A stretch of 42,198 bases of DNA from a virus. The stretch is from IMG/VR virus record IMGVR_UViG_3300045988_036440, positions 1 to 42,198 of that record. One strand, given 5' to 3'. Positions within the stretch are counted from its first letter, which is position 1. Every line of letters starts with the position of its first letter. A program made the position numbers and the translations under genes. The notes beneath the pieces were generated by a model. The model saw only the letters and a list, made by a program, of their open reading frames with translations. It was not told where the DNA came from and did not search any database. Shown piece by piece: positions 26,452-34,376 of this stretch.

Positions 26452-26527
26452 TGGCACTCCAGGCAGGGCTCGAACCTGCAACCTACGGTTTTGGAGACCG
26501 CTGCTCTACCACTTGAGCTGCCGGAGT
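26452..26527 (-). tRNA. tRNA-Trp (anticodon CCA), with CCA encoded
   Basis: Acceptor ACTCCGG/CTGGAGT. D arm GCTC-AAGTGGTA-GAGC. Anticodon arm GCGGT-CTCCAAA-ACCGT. T arm GCAGG-TTCGAGC-CCTGC. Discriminator G, then CCA. Confidence 0.85.
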
Positions 26528-26533
26528 ATAAAA

Positions 26534-26602
26534 AGCCGCCCTTGGAATCGAACCAGCCGTGCCTACACACACGCACCGCGCTCCACATTGCGCTCAGGCG
26601 GC
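26534..26602 (-). ncRNA. Degenerate 69-nt tRNA-like element
   Basis: Acceptor GCCGCCT/GGGCGGC (7 bp, including one G-U pair). D arm GCGC-AATGTGGA-GCGC. Anticodon arm of only 4 bp with an oversize loop containing (GT)n. T loop TTCGATT on a 3-bp stem. Confidence 0.45.
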
Positions 26603-26610
26603 CATATAGC

Positions 26611-26645
26611 AAATAAAAACAGCCCACGGTTCGCCGCCGGGGCTG
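26611..26645 (-). terminator. Rho-independent terminator inside the RNA island
   Basis: Minus-sense CAGCCC..(13 nt)..GGGCTG followed by TTTTTATTT. Confidence 0.55.
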
Positions 26646-26824
26646 CTTGAGTTGACGCACATCCTGCGGGGCATGCTGGCCCGCTCGGATTTCCGGTGCT
26701 GCTGTTCACGGGCGGAGGTTTCAGGGCGTGGGCAAGATTTCAGGAATCCCACACCCACCCGCACACCGGTGGTGAATCACTCCATGCGTCAGACATGCCG
26801 CGTTACAGACTTTGCGGCGTTCGG
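26646..26824 (-). ncRNA. GC-rich, structured, non-coding stretch between tRNA-like element 4 and the terminator
   Basis: No credible ORF. Contains a 9-bp helix GGGTGTGGG/CCCACGCCC and the near-palindrome CACCACCGGTGTG. Confidence 0.25.
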
Positions 26825-26891
26825 TGCGATGTCGCGGAGTCGAACCGCGTCCCATCTCCCGGGTCGGTGGGGCACCCAAGTGTTACATCGC
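26825..26891 (-). ncRNA. Minimal 67-nt tRNA-like element with an intact acceptor/T-arm half and a collapsed D/anticodon half
   Basis: Acceptor GCGATGT/ACATCGC. T arm CGCGG-TTCGACT-CCGCG. Only 35 nt lie between them, with no canonical anticodon loop. The 3' end reads A-CC. Confidence 0.45.
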
Positions 26892-27096
26892 ATAGAAGCA
26901 GCCCGCAAAGCACGGTGTCAAAGCGAAAAAGCGTTAAGCGGCATGAACGAAAGGAGAATCCGTACGGGGCCGCGCTTTGGAAGCTGCTGAGAAGCGGCGC
27001 ACCGCTTTGCGCGGTTCCGCTTGTAATCATTTTACCACACTTCGATTCACATGTGTTTCACAACGATTCAAATAAAGCGTAGAAATCAAAGCGCTT

Positions 27097-27588
27097 TCAA
27101 TGGTCGTTTTGTACATCTTCCCAGATTTCTGCCAAAGCATCAAGCCCCTCGTGGATGTAGGTGGAGACCGAATTGTCTCTGGACAAGCCCACGTCCACCG
27201 CAATCTTCTTTTGGGGCTTCAGGTCGATATACCAGCCGCAGATGCACTTTGCTTGCTTTTCAGACCGAGCAGACCCGCTCAGGCAGTAGGCCCGCCGGGC
27301 AGCTTCGATGCGCAGTTCACAGAGATCAAGCTCCATCTGCTTGAGGTTCCGCTCTTCTGTGTCGATTCTCTCCACGGCAAAGCCCACCTTGTCACCGGCT
27401 CCACCGCCCATCGGCATCCCGCTCATGCTCTGGGTGCACTTTTCTGCAGTATCTCGGATGCGCTGGATCTTCTGCTTCTGGGCCTCGACCTGCTCCGCCA
27501 GGTCTCTGCACCGCTGGAACCACGCTTTGACGGTACGGTAGTCCGGAAGTTCCGGCTTGTTCGTGTCAGGTGTCCGGGTTTGGATCAT
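27097..27588 (-). CDS. Late-gene transcriptional regulator, RinA/ArpU-like (sigma-70 region-4-type HTH)
   Basis: Start at MIQTRTPD (RBS GGAGG, 7-nt spacer). The C-terminus KKIAVDVGLSRDNSVSTYIHEGLDAL is HTH-like. Located upstream of the packaging genes. Confidence 0.5.
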   Translation of the reverse strand: MIQTRTPDTNKPELPDYRTVKAWFQRCRDLAEQVEAQKQKIQRIRDTAEKCTQSMSGMPMGGGAGDKVGFAVERIDTEERNLKQMELDLCELRIEAARRAYCLSGSARSEKQAKCICGWYIDLKPQKKIAVDVGLSRDNSVSTYIHEGLDALAEIWEDVQNDH

Positions 27589-28166
27589 GTATCTGCCTCC
27601 ATTTCTTCGATTTCGTCGCCCCACGCATCCCAACCAGGAACACGTTGACGGGCAAAAAGTTCTATTCTAGGGACATCTCCCAGCAATTCAACGATTCTGT
27701 GTCTTGTTTCGTCCGGCTTTACGCTGTGTGCCTGTATCGGCGATTCGATCACCTGATGCACAGAATGGCTCTTGATCTGGTCGGCGGCTTTGAATCCGGG
27801 CTTCACGCCCAGCAGGCAAATTTCGACGTTTGCCCTTGTGTACGCCCCCATTCCCCAAAAATTCGTGTTCCTCTTGCGGTTTTTCTTGATCCAAGCAAAA
27901 GCACAGGTCTTGTACTCAAATCCCCACGCCCGCATAACTCGCAGAGCGTCGGCAATTTGTGGGAATGTGGCCCACATGAAGCACGCAGCGCCTTCCTTCG
28001 CAAGTTGGTTGACAGGTAACGCACAGAGCTCATCCGTTGTCATAGTGTGGTAATGCTGCTCTGCATTTCCCCGACTTTTTGGCCCTGTTCCATGCTGGCG
28101 ATAGCTCCACGGTGGGTCTGCATATATGACGGAGTACTTTTTGTTTGGAAAGTCCATATCATCCAT
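27585..28166 (-). CDS. MT-A70-family N6-adenine DNA methyltransferase
   Basis: Catalytic motif IYADPPWSY. Start at MDDMDFPNKK (ATG 28166). Confidence 0.85.
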   Translation of the reverse strand: MDDMDFPNKKYSVIYADPPWSYRQHGTGPKSRGNAEQHYHTMTTDELCALPVNQLAKEGAACFMWATFPQIADALRVMRAWGFEYKTCAFAWIKKNRKRNTNFWGMGAYTRANVEICLLGVKPGFKAADQIKSHSVHQVIESPIQAHSVKPDETRHRIVELLGDVPRIELFARQRVPGWDAWGDEIEEMEADT

Positions 28167-28530
28167 CCATTTCCTCGATCCAGATTTCTGCTCTGGGGTT
28201 TTTCTTGTCGTAATCCACCCGGCTTCCATCGTGGGCGGCCACGATCTGGCTGTTATCGTCCGCCAGCACCTTGGCCTTCACCAGAATGTCGCAGGTCGCC
28301 TCTATGAGATTTGCAAGGTCAACCTTGCGCCGGGTGGCCATGTAGTACACGCACCGCACGTTCACGCGGGCTGTGATGGGGTTGTAAGGCCGCTTGATCT
28401 GCCACAGGCACTTTTCCTGATACTGCATGAATGCCTCGCTGGGGGCCACAATGCGGCGGTTTGCGTGGGCCTTGAGGATGCGGGCGGAGTTTTTCTTTGT
28501 GCGGGGGTCACCGTAAAGGGTTAATTTCAT
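28159..28530 (-). CDS. rusA: RusA-family Holliday junction resolvase
   Basis: Start at MKLTLYGDP (RBS GGAGGAC). The pattern VDLANLIEATCDILVKAKVLADDNSQIV matches the RusA family. Confidence 0.8.
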   Translation of the reverse strand: MKLTLYGDPRTKKNSARILKAHANRRIVAPSEAFMQYQEKCLWQIKRPYNPITARVNVRCVYYMATRRKVDLANLIEATCDILVKAKVLADDNSQIVAAHDGSRVDYDKKNPRAEIWIEEMDG

Positions 28531-29063
28531 CTGCCGTCCTCCACATAGCACCAGCTTTGCGGCGGCCGCTCAATCCTTACAGGCTCGTAACCGAATTTTG
28601 TCGCCCGCAGCCTTGTGAAATCGCTCAACGGCCGCGGGCGGTCGTAAATTTTCAGGTCGGAAATGTTCCAGCCATACAAGTCTTTCAAATCCGCATAACT
28701 CATCCCGGACTTCCATCCGGCATAGTCTTTGACTTGCGGTACTGTGAGACAGCTTCCAGAAATTGCAGACTCGATATCTTCTTTGACGACACAGTATTCA
28801 GGGCCAATGCGTCGGATGTCATCGCAAATGAACTCTCCAATGATACGTCCCAACCTTTTTGGATATTTCCAGAGGTTCCATTCGTCCACATTCCGGGCAA
28901 GGGAATCTGTAAAAAACTTATCGCTTCCCGTCATGGTGCAGTAGATGTACACCTTGAACGGTGTCCCATGCGCAGGGCAGGACTTGCGGATTTCAACGGT
29001 CTTTTCGCCGTCAAGAATTTTCTTGCACCATTCGGGCCGAATGCTCATCAATACAGCTTTCAT
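28527..29063 (-). CDS. ASCH (PUA-like) domain protein
   Basis: The N-terminus MKAVLMSIRPEWCKKILDGEKTVEIRK is typical of ASCH domains. Confidence 0.7.
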   Translation of the reverse strand: MKAVLMSIRPEWCKKILDGEKTVEIRKSCPAHGTPFKVYIYCTMTGSDKFFTDSLARNVDEWNLWKYPKRLGRIIGEFICDDIRRIGPEYCVVKEDIESAISGSCLTVPQVKDYAGWKSGMSYADLKDLYGWNISDLKIYDRPRPLSDFTRLRATKFGYEPVRIERPPQSWCYVEDGR

Positions 29064-30220
29064 GCTTTTCCTCCAATCAAATCATCAATGCACATCTGGG
29101 TGGCCTGTTCCGGCACATCTTCCCAGCCGATGCCGATGTAGTCAAGCACACGGCCCCAGCCGTACCAGTTTCCGTTTTTGTCCCGGCAGACGTGTTTCAT
29201 CCAGAACTCCCACTCTTTGGGATTGGTCTCTCGCAAAATGTCGAACCGGTGTGGTCTTCCTTCAACGTGGATGCCAAACCCGCACATTGTGCAGCCGGTG
29301 CGCTGTGCCTTTGTGGTGTACAGATTTCCGTCCTTGTCCCGTGCGATCTCGCCGTATTCGGCCGGAATAGGCACATTCAGATCAAGTGCAAGCTGTAAAA
29401 CGTCCTGTCGATCAAAGATAGCAAATGGGGCGCTGCGGGTGGTTGTCTTTCCGAAATAGTTGCAGCCGTGCATCTTCAGGCTCTTTTCACGCCGCCCGCC
29501 CTCGCTTGCCATAAGGCCCATGTATGGCACACTGTTGTGGTCCCGTGCCCAGTCGTTGCAGGGCTTTTCCTTGAGGTAGTAGCAGCAGCGATCAGATACC
29601 TTAAACGGTGCAGCTTGGTATCCGAGTGCCGCTCCCTCCGCATCTGCGCCGCCAAACAAGTCAAGCCATTTCTGCGGAAGCTTCATCCGGCTGTTTTTCT
29701 GCCATCCGCCATATTCTCCGGTCTCGCCGGTGATGATTGCGTGCCGCACGGTGGCGTTCTGTTCGGTCGGGTTTTGCAGCAGCATGATCTTACCGGCTTT
29801 TTCTTTGCTGATTACTGGCCAGCCAAATTCCTGCAAAACCTGAACTTTGCTTTTCAGAGGCTTCAGGAACACAAAAGACGGCGCTTCACCCTCACCCATC
29901 CAGTTCTTGTATTCGGTTTCCATCTCTGCTGCCATCTGTTTATGCACCTGCTGCACGCCCTTTCCTTCCAGAGAGGAGCAGGACACACATGTAACTGGCA
30001 GCCCGATGTGCTCCAGAAAGTAATGCAGCGTGATGGAATCCAGACCTCCCACGGACAGGTGCACGCCCTTGTCGTGTTCTTTTGCCCAGTAATAGAACGC
30101 CTCGGCCATCTCCTGCGCGTGTTCCACCTTGCGCTTGTACTCCCACTTTTGCATCGTCTGAAAGCGCTCGATGTTCGCCAAAGAGCCGTTTTCAGCCATA
30201 ATTTCTTGTACTGTTCTCAT
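29060..30220 (-). CDS. PAPS reductase / PP-loop ATPase family protein (IbrA/DndC-like)
   Basis: PP-loop motif HLSVGGLDS. C-terminal Cys cluster CTMCGFG. 386 aa. Confidence 0.75.
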   Translation of the reverse strand: MRTVQEIMAENGSLANIERFQTMQKWEYKRKVEHAQEMAEAFYYWAKEHDKGVHLSVGGLDSITLHYFLEHIGLPVTCVSCSSLEGKGVQQVHKQMAAEMETEYKNWMGEGEAPSFVFLKPLKSKVQVLQEFGWPVISKEKAGKIMLLQNPTEQNATVRHAIITGETGEYGGWQKNSRMKLPQKWLDLFGGADAEGAALGYQAAPFKVSDRCCYYLKEKPCNDWARDHNSVPYMGLMASEGGRREKSLKMHGCNYFGKTTTRSAPFAIFDRQDVLQLALDLNVPIPAEYGEIARDKDGNLYTTKAQRTGCTMCGFGIHVEGRPHRFDILRETNPKEWEFWMKHVCRDKNGNWYGWGRVLDYIGIGWEDVPEQATQMCIDDLIGGKA

Positions 30221-30223
30221 TTT

Positions 30224-30918
30224 TTACCCCCACTGTTCAGACATGGCTTTTGCAATGCCTGGTGCAGTTTTACTTCTGGCTTTGGCCCGGCCTTCTTGGC
30301 CTTGGGTCGTACCGCGAATGCCCTCGCACCATCCAATTTTCTTGTGCTTTTTTCCGTTTGAGATGTATACAGGCTCTGGCGGAGGTAAGCTGTTTTTTCG
30401 TTTCAGAGGCGGAAGGTTTTTCAGCCACAGGCAAGTGCGCTTTGTGTGATAGTTTTCAACGTCATCTTCGTTTTCGGCGAAGTAGTACGGATGAATGATC
30501 TGGTCTGCTTTTCTGTATACCGTGTTCATTATGCCTACAGGGTTCTCAACTGCAATTTTTGGAACGTCTGCCAATGCAAACCGCATAAAGAAAACTGCTG
30601 CCTTTACGCGCTCAGCCCATCTGGAAACAACTTTTTCAGCCGGTGTGACTCGCAAGCTGTACGACCTTGTCGCTGCATTGGACAAATAAGTGCAGGGCGG
30701 GTGTGCAATGAGCAAATCCCACTTGCCAACGTCATGCGTTATGCCGTCCATCGTCACGATTTGCCCCCCTCCAGAGCCTTGAGCGCATCTCCAAGAATAT
30801 GCCACTCAGGGTGTCCTCCGGACGGCTCCTGAATGTCACAGGAATAAGCTTCGTGCCCACGAGCCCGGAACGCTTTACATACTTCCTGCGATTCCTCACA
30901 GGCAATTAACACTTTCAT
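30224..30918 (-). pseudogene. DNA cytosine-5 methyltransferase split by a frameshift in a G6 tract (C6 on the plus strand at 30764-30769)
   Basis: The N-terminal part (ATG 30918, MKVLIACEESQ...) stops at 30754. The +1-shifted frame continues with IAHPPCTYLS (motif IV), AVENPVG (motif VI) and the C-terminal TAPGIAKAMSEQWG. A seventh G would restore one 231-aa frame. Confidence 0.7.
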
Positions 30919-31340
30919 TCGCTTCTCTCCTTTGATGGTTTCTGTGGGTACTGCCACTCCACCACATGGTGGATGGTGCCGCCATAGTCAGGGTTCAACC
31001 AGCCATCAAAGCCGTAGCAGTCCTTCATGTAGACACCGACCTTGTAGCCCTCCTCTTCCGTGTACAAGAGAAGCTGTTCGCTCACGTCGCACTCAATAGT
31101 GCCCTCGTATTTATTCTCGTCCACCTCGTGGTGTAGCAGCGGGATCTCACTGGCCGGGTGCCATTTCAGGCAGGTGCATGCAGGGTGTGCGGTAGGTACC
31201 AAATTGACGAGTTTTAACACGTGCTTCAGCGTGGTTGCCACAATGTATGTCGAGGCTGCTTCACATTTCTCAGCCTCAATAATCCATTTTTCAAGATGCC
31301 GAATTACATCCTCCGCATAGATCAGTCTTTTTTCAGCCAT
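30915..31340 (-). CDS. Hypothetical protein (141 aa), DUF551-like C-terminal region
   Basis: Start at MAEKRLIYAED (RBS AAGGAGG). Confidence 0.6.
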   Translation of the reverse strand: MAEKRLIYAEDVIRHLEKWIIEAEKCEAASTYIVATTLKHVLKLVNLVPTAHPACTCLKWHPASEIPLLHHEVDENKYEGTIECDVSEQLLLYTEEEGYKVGVYMKDCYGFDGWLNPDYGGTIHHVVEWQYPQKPSKERSE

Positions 31341-31833
31341 TTTGATCAACCTCCTTCGGAGGCAAGGGCATCCAGCCCACAACCGGCTTATCTATCGGGC
31401 ATTCTAGTGCATCATCCGGGGTAAAGTGGCGGTATTCCCACCAGCCTTTCTGGAGTCTATACAAGTCATCTTCTTCGTCATAAATGCCGTAATCATCGAC
31501 ATCTTCCCACTGCCAGAGGCTTTCGTACTGAGAAACAGTTCCGTCCTCATAAAAGGCCGTTGTGATGCAGTATCCTTTCCCGCAGTCAACCAGCACCAGC
31601 ACTTCGGTTTCAACCTTCGGCGGGTCGGTTTCCGGGTCTCTCCATACGGGCTGCAGGTTTTCCGGGTCAATGGCGGGAAGGCTTTCGAGATCCGTCAGCT
31701 CACCTGCAACATCTTCGCAGAACAGGGTGTCAGCATCTTTTCCTTTCGCTTCTTCCTCTGCAAGATCTTTTTTCAAGATGTTTTCCAGCTCGCCAACATC
31801 AGCCAGCCGGACAATCTTCTTTTTCTCAGCCAT
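31333..31833 (-). CDS. Hypothetical acidic protein (166 aa), DUF551-like
   Basis: The pattern PVWRDPETDPPKVETEVLVLV resembles DUF551. Confidence 0.6.
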   Translation of the reverse strand: MAEKKKIVRLADVGELENILKKDLAEEEAKGKDADTLFCEDVAGELTDLESLPAIDPENLQPVWRDPETDPPKVETEVLVLVDCGKGYCITTAFYEDGTVSQYESLWQWEDVDDYGIYDEEDDLYRLQKGWWEYRHFTPDDALECPIDKPVVGWMPLPPKEVDQNG

Positions 31834-32000
31834 GTGTCAAAACCTCCGTTCTCTTGACATGGATGTCCCGGTACTCCGGGTAGTGGTCGCCCGCCATCTG
31901 GCAGGCGTGAAATTCTGCGGCCTGCTAGCTGCTTGCGGTCAGGCGGTAGGTCAGGGCCGCGTCTCCTACCGGGCCGCTGCACAGCACAACAACATGATAT

Positions 32001-32801
32001 TTAGGCACTCTTTGCCTCTCCTTTCTTGCGCAAAGGCCTGCGATTTGCAGCGTTTTTGAGGAAATCGGGGGCTTTTGCTGCATCTTCTGGGGGCCGCGTG
32101 ACCAGTTTGTCGCGCCCCGCCCCGATGGGGTTCGTCTTGCGGTACTCTTCCACAGACGTGCAGCCCTGCCGGGCGGCTTCCGCCAGTGCCTTGCGGACAT
32201 AGGCCCAGCTGTGGCCGCCCAGATCCTCGCACTTGCGGATGATCTCTGTCACAAGGTCAGCACCCAGGCGCTCAACGTAAACGGGCAGCTCTTTCCTGCC
32301 TGTTTCGCTCAGCTTTCCGATACGGTCCCGGAACTCTTCAAAAACAATGGTCGTCGTCAAGTCGTCTCGCGCATCCGCGCGCGTGTCGGAGTCTACGATA
32401 GTAGACGACGACTGTACTTTGTACTTTGTACTTTGACCTTTGTACTTTGGTGTGCAAATGGTTTCTGCCGGTTTCTCCGGAAAACCATTTGGTTTTTCTC
32501 GGTTTTCTGCAATAACCATTTGGTTTTTCTCGGTTTTCTTGGGTCTGCCGCCTTTACTGCCGGATTCTCTATGAGCCAAAACGGAACGTTGATACGTTTT
32601 AATATTCTCGTCCATGAACGGTCGAAGTGATTCAAAAGCCATCTGTTCCAGAGGCTCCAGTCCATCCGGTTCCTCTCCGTGCTCCACATACCGCCGCATC
32701 TTGGTGATGGTATTTTTGTACTGCTCAGGTGGAAGAATATCCAAAATCACAAATTTGTCGAATGGAATCATCAACGCTTTCGGCCTGATTTCATCGTCCA
32801 C
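32001..32801 (-). CDS. Replisome organiser / DnaD-domain replication initiation protein
   Basis: The C-terminus GADLVTEIIRKCEDLGGHSWAYVRKALAEAARQG is DnaD-like. Iterons are embedded in the linker region. Confidence 0.7.
   Translation of the reverse strand: MDDEIRPKALMIPFDKFVILDILPPEQYKNTITKMRRYVEHGEEPDGLEPLEQMAFESLRPFMDENIKTYQRSVLAHRESGSKGGRPKKTEKNQMVIAENREKPNGFPEKPAETICTPKYKGQSTKYKVQSSSTIVDSDTRADARDDLTTTIVFEEFRDRIGKLSETGRKELPVYVERLGADLVTEIIRKCEDLGGHSWAYVRKALAEAARQGCTSVEEYRKTNPIGAGRDKLVTRPPEDAAKAPDFLKNAANRRPLRKKGEAKSA
32414..32448. repeat. Five tandem 7-mers: GTACTTT three times, GACCTTT once, GTACTTT once
   Basis: Read directly. Lies inside the replisome organiser gene. Confidence 0.85.
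32483..32539. repeat. Two perfect 26-bp direct repeats, AACCATTTGGTTTTTCTCGGTTTTCT (32483-32508 and 32514-32539)
   Basis: Read directly. The copies start 31 bp apart. Confidence 0.9.
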
Positions 32802-32853
32802 GGTGCACCTCCTTCCTTACACGCCCGTATAGCCAGATAGCACAGCTGGGAGG

Positions 32854-33333
32854 TCAGAACGGGAGATCGCCGTCGTCTGTGATCTCTGCGAAATCATCCA
32901 CGGAACCCTGCGAGAAGTTCTGTGCCGCCTGCGGGGCGCTGTGAGAGGCTTTTGCTTCGGAAGTGTAACTTTCCGTCTGCTGGTCGAAATCGCGCACAGT
33001 GGGCTTGTCTGCCGCCTTTGAGCCGCAAAAGCTGACGTTGTTTGCAAGAACCTCCACTTTCGTGCGGTTGCTGCCCTGCTTGTCCTGATACGAGCGGGTC
33101 TGGATACTGCCGTCAATGGCGATCATGCTGCCCTTCTGGAAGTACTTGCAGATAAACTCTGCCGTCTGCCGCCAGGCAACGATATCGATGAAATCGGCCT
33201 TGCGCTCCTCGCCCTTCGTGGTGTATGTACGGTCAACCGCAATGCTGAAGCTGCACACGCTGGTGCCGTTCTGGGTGGTCTTCAGCTCCGGGGTATGGGT
33301 CAGGCGGCCATTCAATGCTACGACGTTAAGCAT
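32854..33333 (-). CDS. ssb: Single-stranded DNA-binding protein
   Basis: OB-fold N-terminus MLNVVALNGRLTHTPELKTTQNGTSVCSFSIAV and acidic tail DDGDLPF. Confidence 0.9.
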   Translation of the reverse strand: MLNVVALNGRLTHTPELKTTQNGTSVCSFSIAVDRTYTTKGEERKADFIDIVAWRQTAEFICKYFQKGSMIAIDGSIQTRSYQDKQGSNRTKVEVLANNVSFCGSKAADKPTVRDFDQQTESYTSEAKASHSAPQAAQNFSQGSVDDFAEITDDGDLPF

Positions 33334-33967
33334 GCGTCAATCCTCCATCTTCTTTCGGCTGCTTTTTGGCACATTCCATGCACAGGATACGCCCGTATTT
33401 TTTCTTGCTCCGGTCAGCCGCCTGCTGAGCAGTGACCTTTTCGCCCTTGTAAGTGAACCCTTCCACGGGCTTCCCGCAGCTGGCGCAGGTGGGCTTTGCC
33501 GGGGACGGTGCTGTGGGCCTGCCGTACTTGGTCGTATCTTTCTCCCAGTAAACATCCGCGCCAATGCCCAGGGCCTTGCAGGCCACGCTCTGCGCGTCCG
33601 TGTAGGCCTTTTTATAGGCTTCGTCATCCGTGCGCTTGCCGTCTTTTTCTGTGGAGATCAGCATCGAGCCGCCCACGCCGGGAATCGGGGCGCTCCATTC
33701 GTTCTTTTCCCCGCTCTCACCGAGCTGCCGAATATAAAGATTGGTGCAGCAGTGCACCATGATCTCTCCGTTTACCCCGGGCTTTTCCTAAAAGAGGGGC
33801 GGATCGAACCGCCAGCCAATGCCAGCGGGACCGAAAAGCTCTGTCAGCTTCTTGACTCTCCACATGGGATTGATGTCCGTCATCCCCTTCAGGCGGCCGC
33901 CGCCGATTGCCTTCCGCGCTTCCTTGGGCACGCCACGGGCGCTTTCATAAATGGTCATTTTGTCCAT
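33326..33967 (-). CDS. Rad52/Sak-type single-strand annealing protein, interrupted by one in-frame TAG (33788-33790), with a C-terminal zinc ribbon
   Basis: ORFs 33788..33967 and 33326..33760 share one frame, separated by TAG plus 9 sense codons. Conserved blocks GGRLKGMTDINPMWRVKKLTELFGPAGIGW and YTDAQSVACKALGIGADVYW lie on either side of the TAG. Confidence 0.6.
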
Positions 33968-34376
33968 GTTTGTACTCCACTTCTTTGCATCCGTGCTCCC
34001 GGCACATACTCTCCAGTTCAGCGTAAGAGCTGTTGTATGCTGTCTCTGCACCGTATGCCAGGTCCTTGATCAATCCGAAGCAGTCCGACTGTGACAGCAC
34101 GATCTCCACCGCATAGACTGCGCGGCCCAATGCTCTGGCCGCTTCCTGGCAGATGTGCACATAATCAGCCTGATCCTCGCCAGTGTATTCCCTGTCCGGG
34201 TGAAGTCTCATATACGACTGCCCACCGGCAACTGCCTTCTGAACCGTGCCGCAGCACCGGGATGCATCGCCCAGCTTTGCCAGAGCGTCCAGAATCAGCG
34301 CCAGCTTCCATTCCGGAATATTGGACGAATAGTTCAGGCAGATTTCTTTTTTTTCATCACACTGCATAAGGATCAC
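33945..34376 (-). CDS. Hypothetical protein (143 aa)
   Basis: ORF in the operon. Its end overlaps the annealase start. Confidence 0.5.
   Translation of the reverse strand: MILMQCDEKKEICLNYSSNIPEWKLALILDALAKLGDASRCCGTVQKAVAGGQSYMRLHPDREYTGEDQADYVHICQEAARALGRAVYAVEIVLSQSDCFGLIKDLAYGAETAYNSSYAELESMCREHGCKEVEYKHGQNDHL

Noticed and set aside
26322-27082. Track ORFs across the RNA island (26322..26516, 26407..26616, 26415..26660, 26652..26990, 26696..27082, 26803..27030)
   Set aside because: They overlap a canonical tRNA and tRNA-like stems, have no ribosome binding sites, and have Arg/Pro/Ser-rich shadow composition.
31834-32000. A 167-bp gap with a 7-bp-stem hairpin (CGGTAGG...CCTACCG) between the DnaD-like gene and the next gene
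   Set aside because: The hairpin has no T-run, and no promoter-like hexamers or repeats were seen. It was judged an ordinary intergenic spacer.
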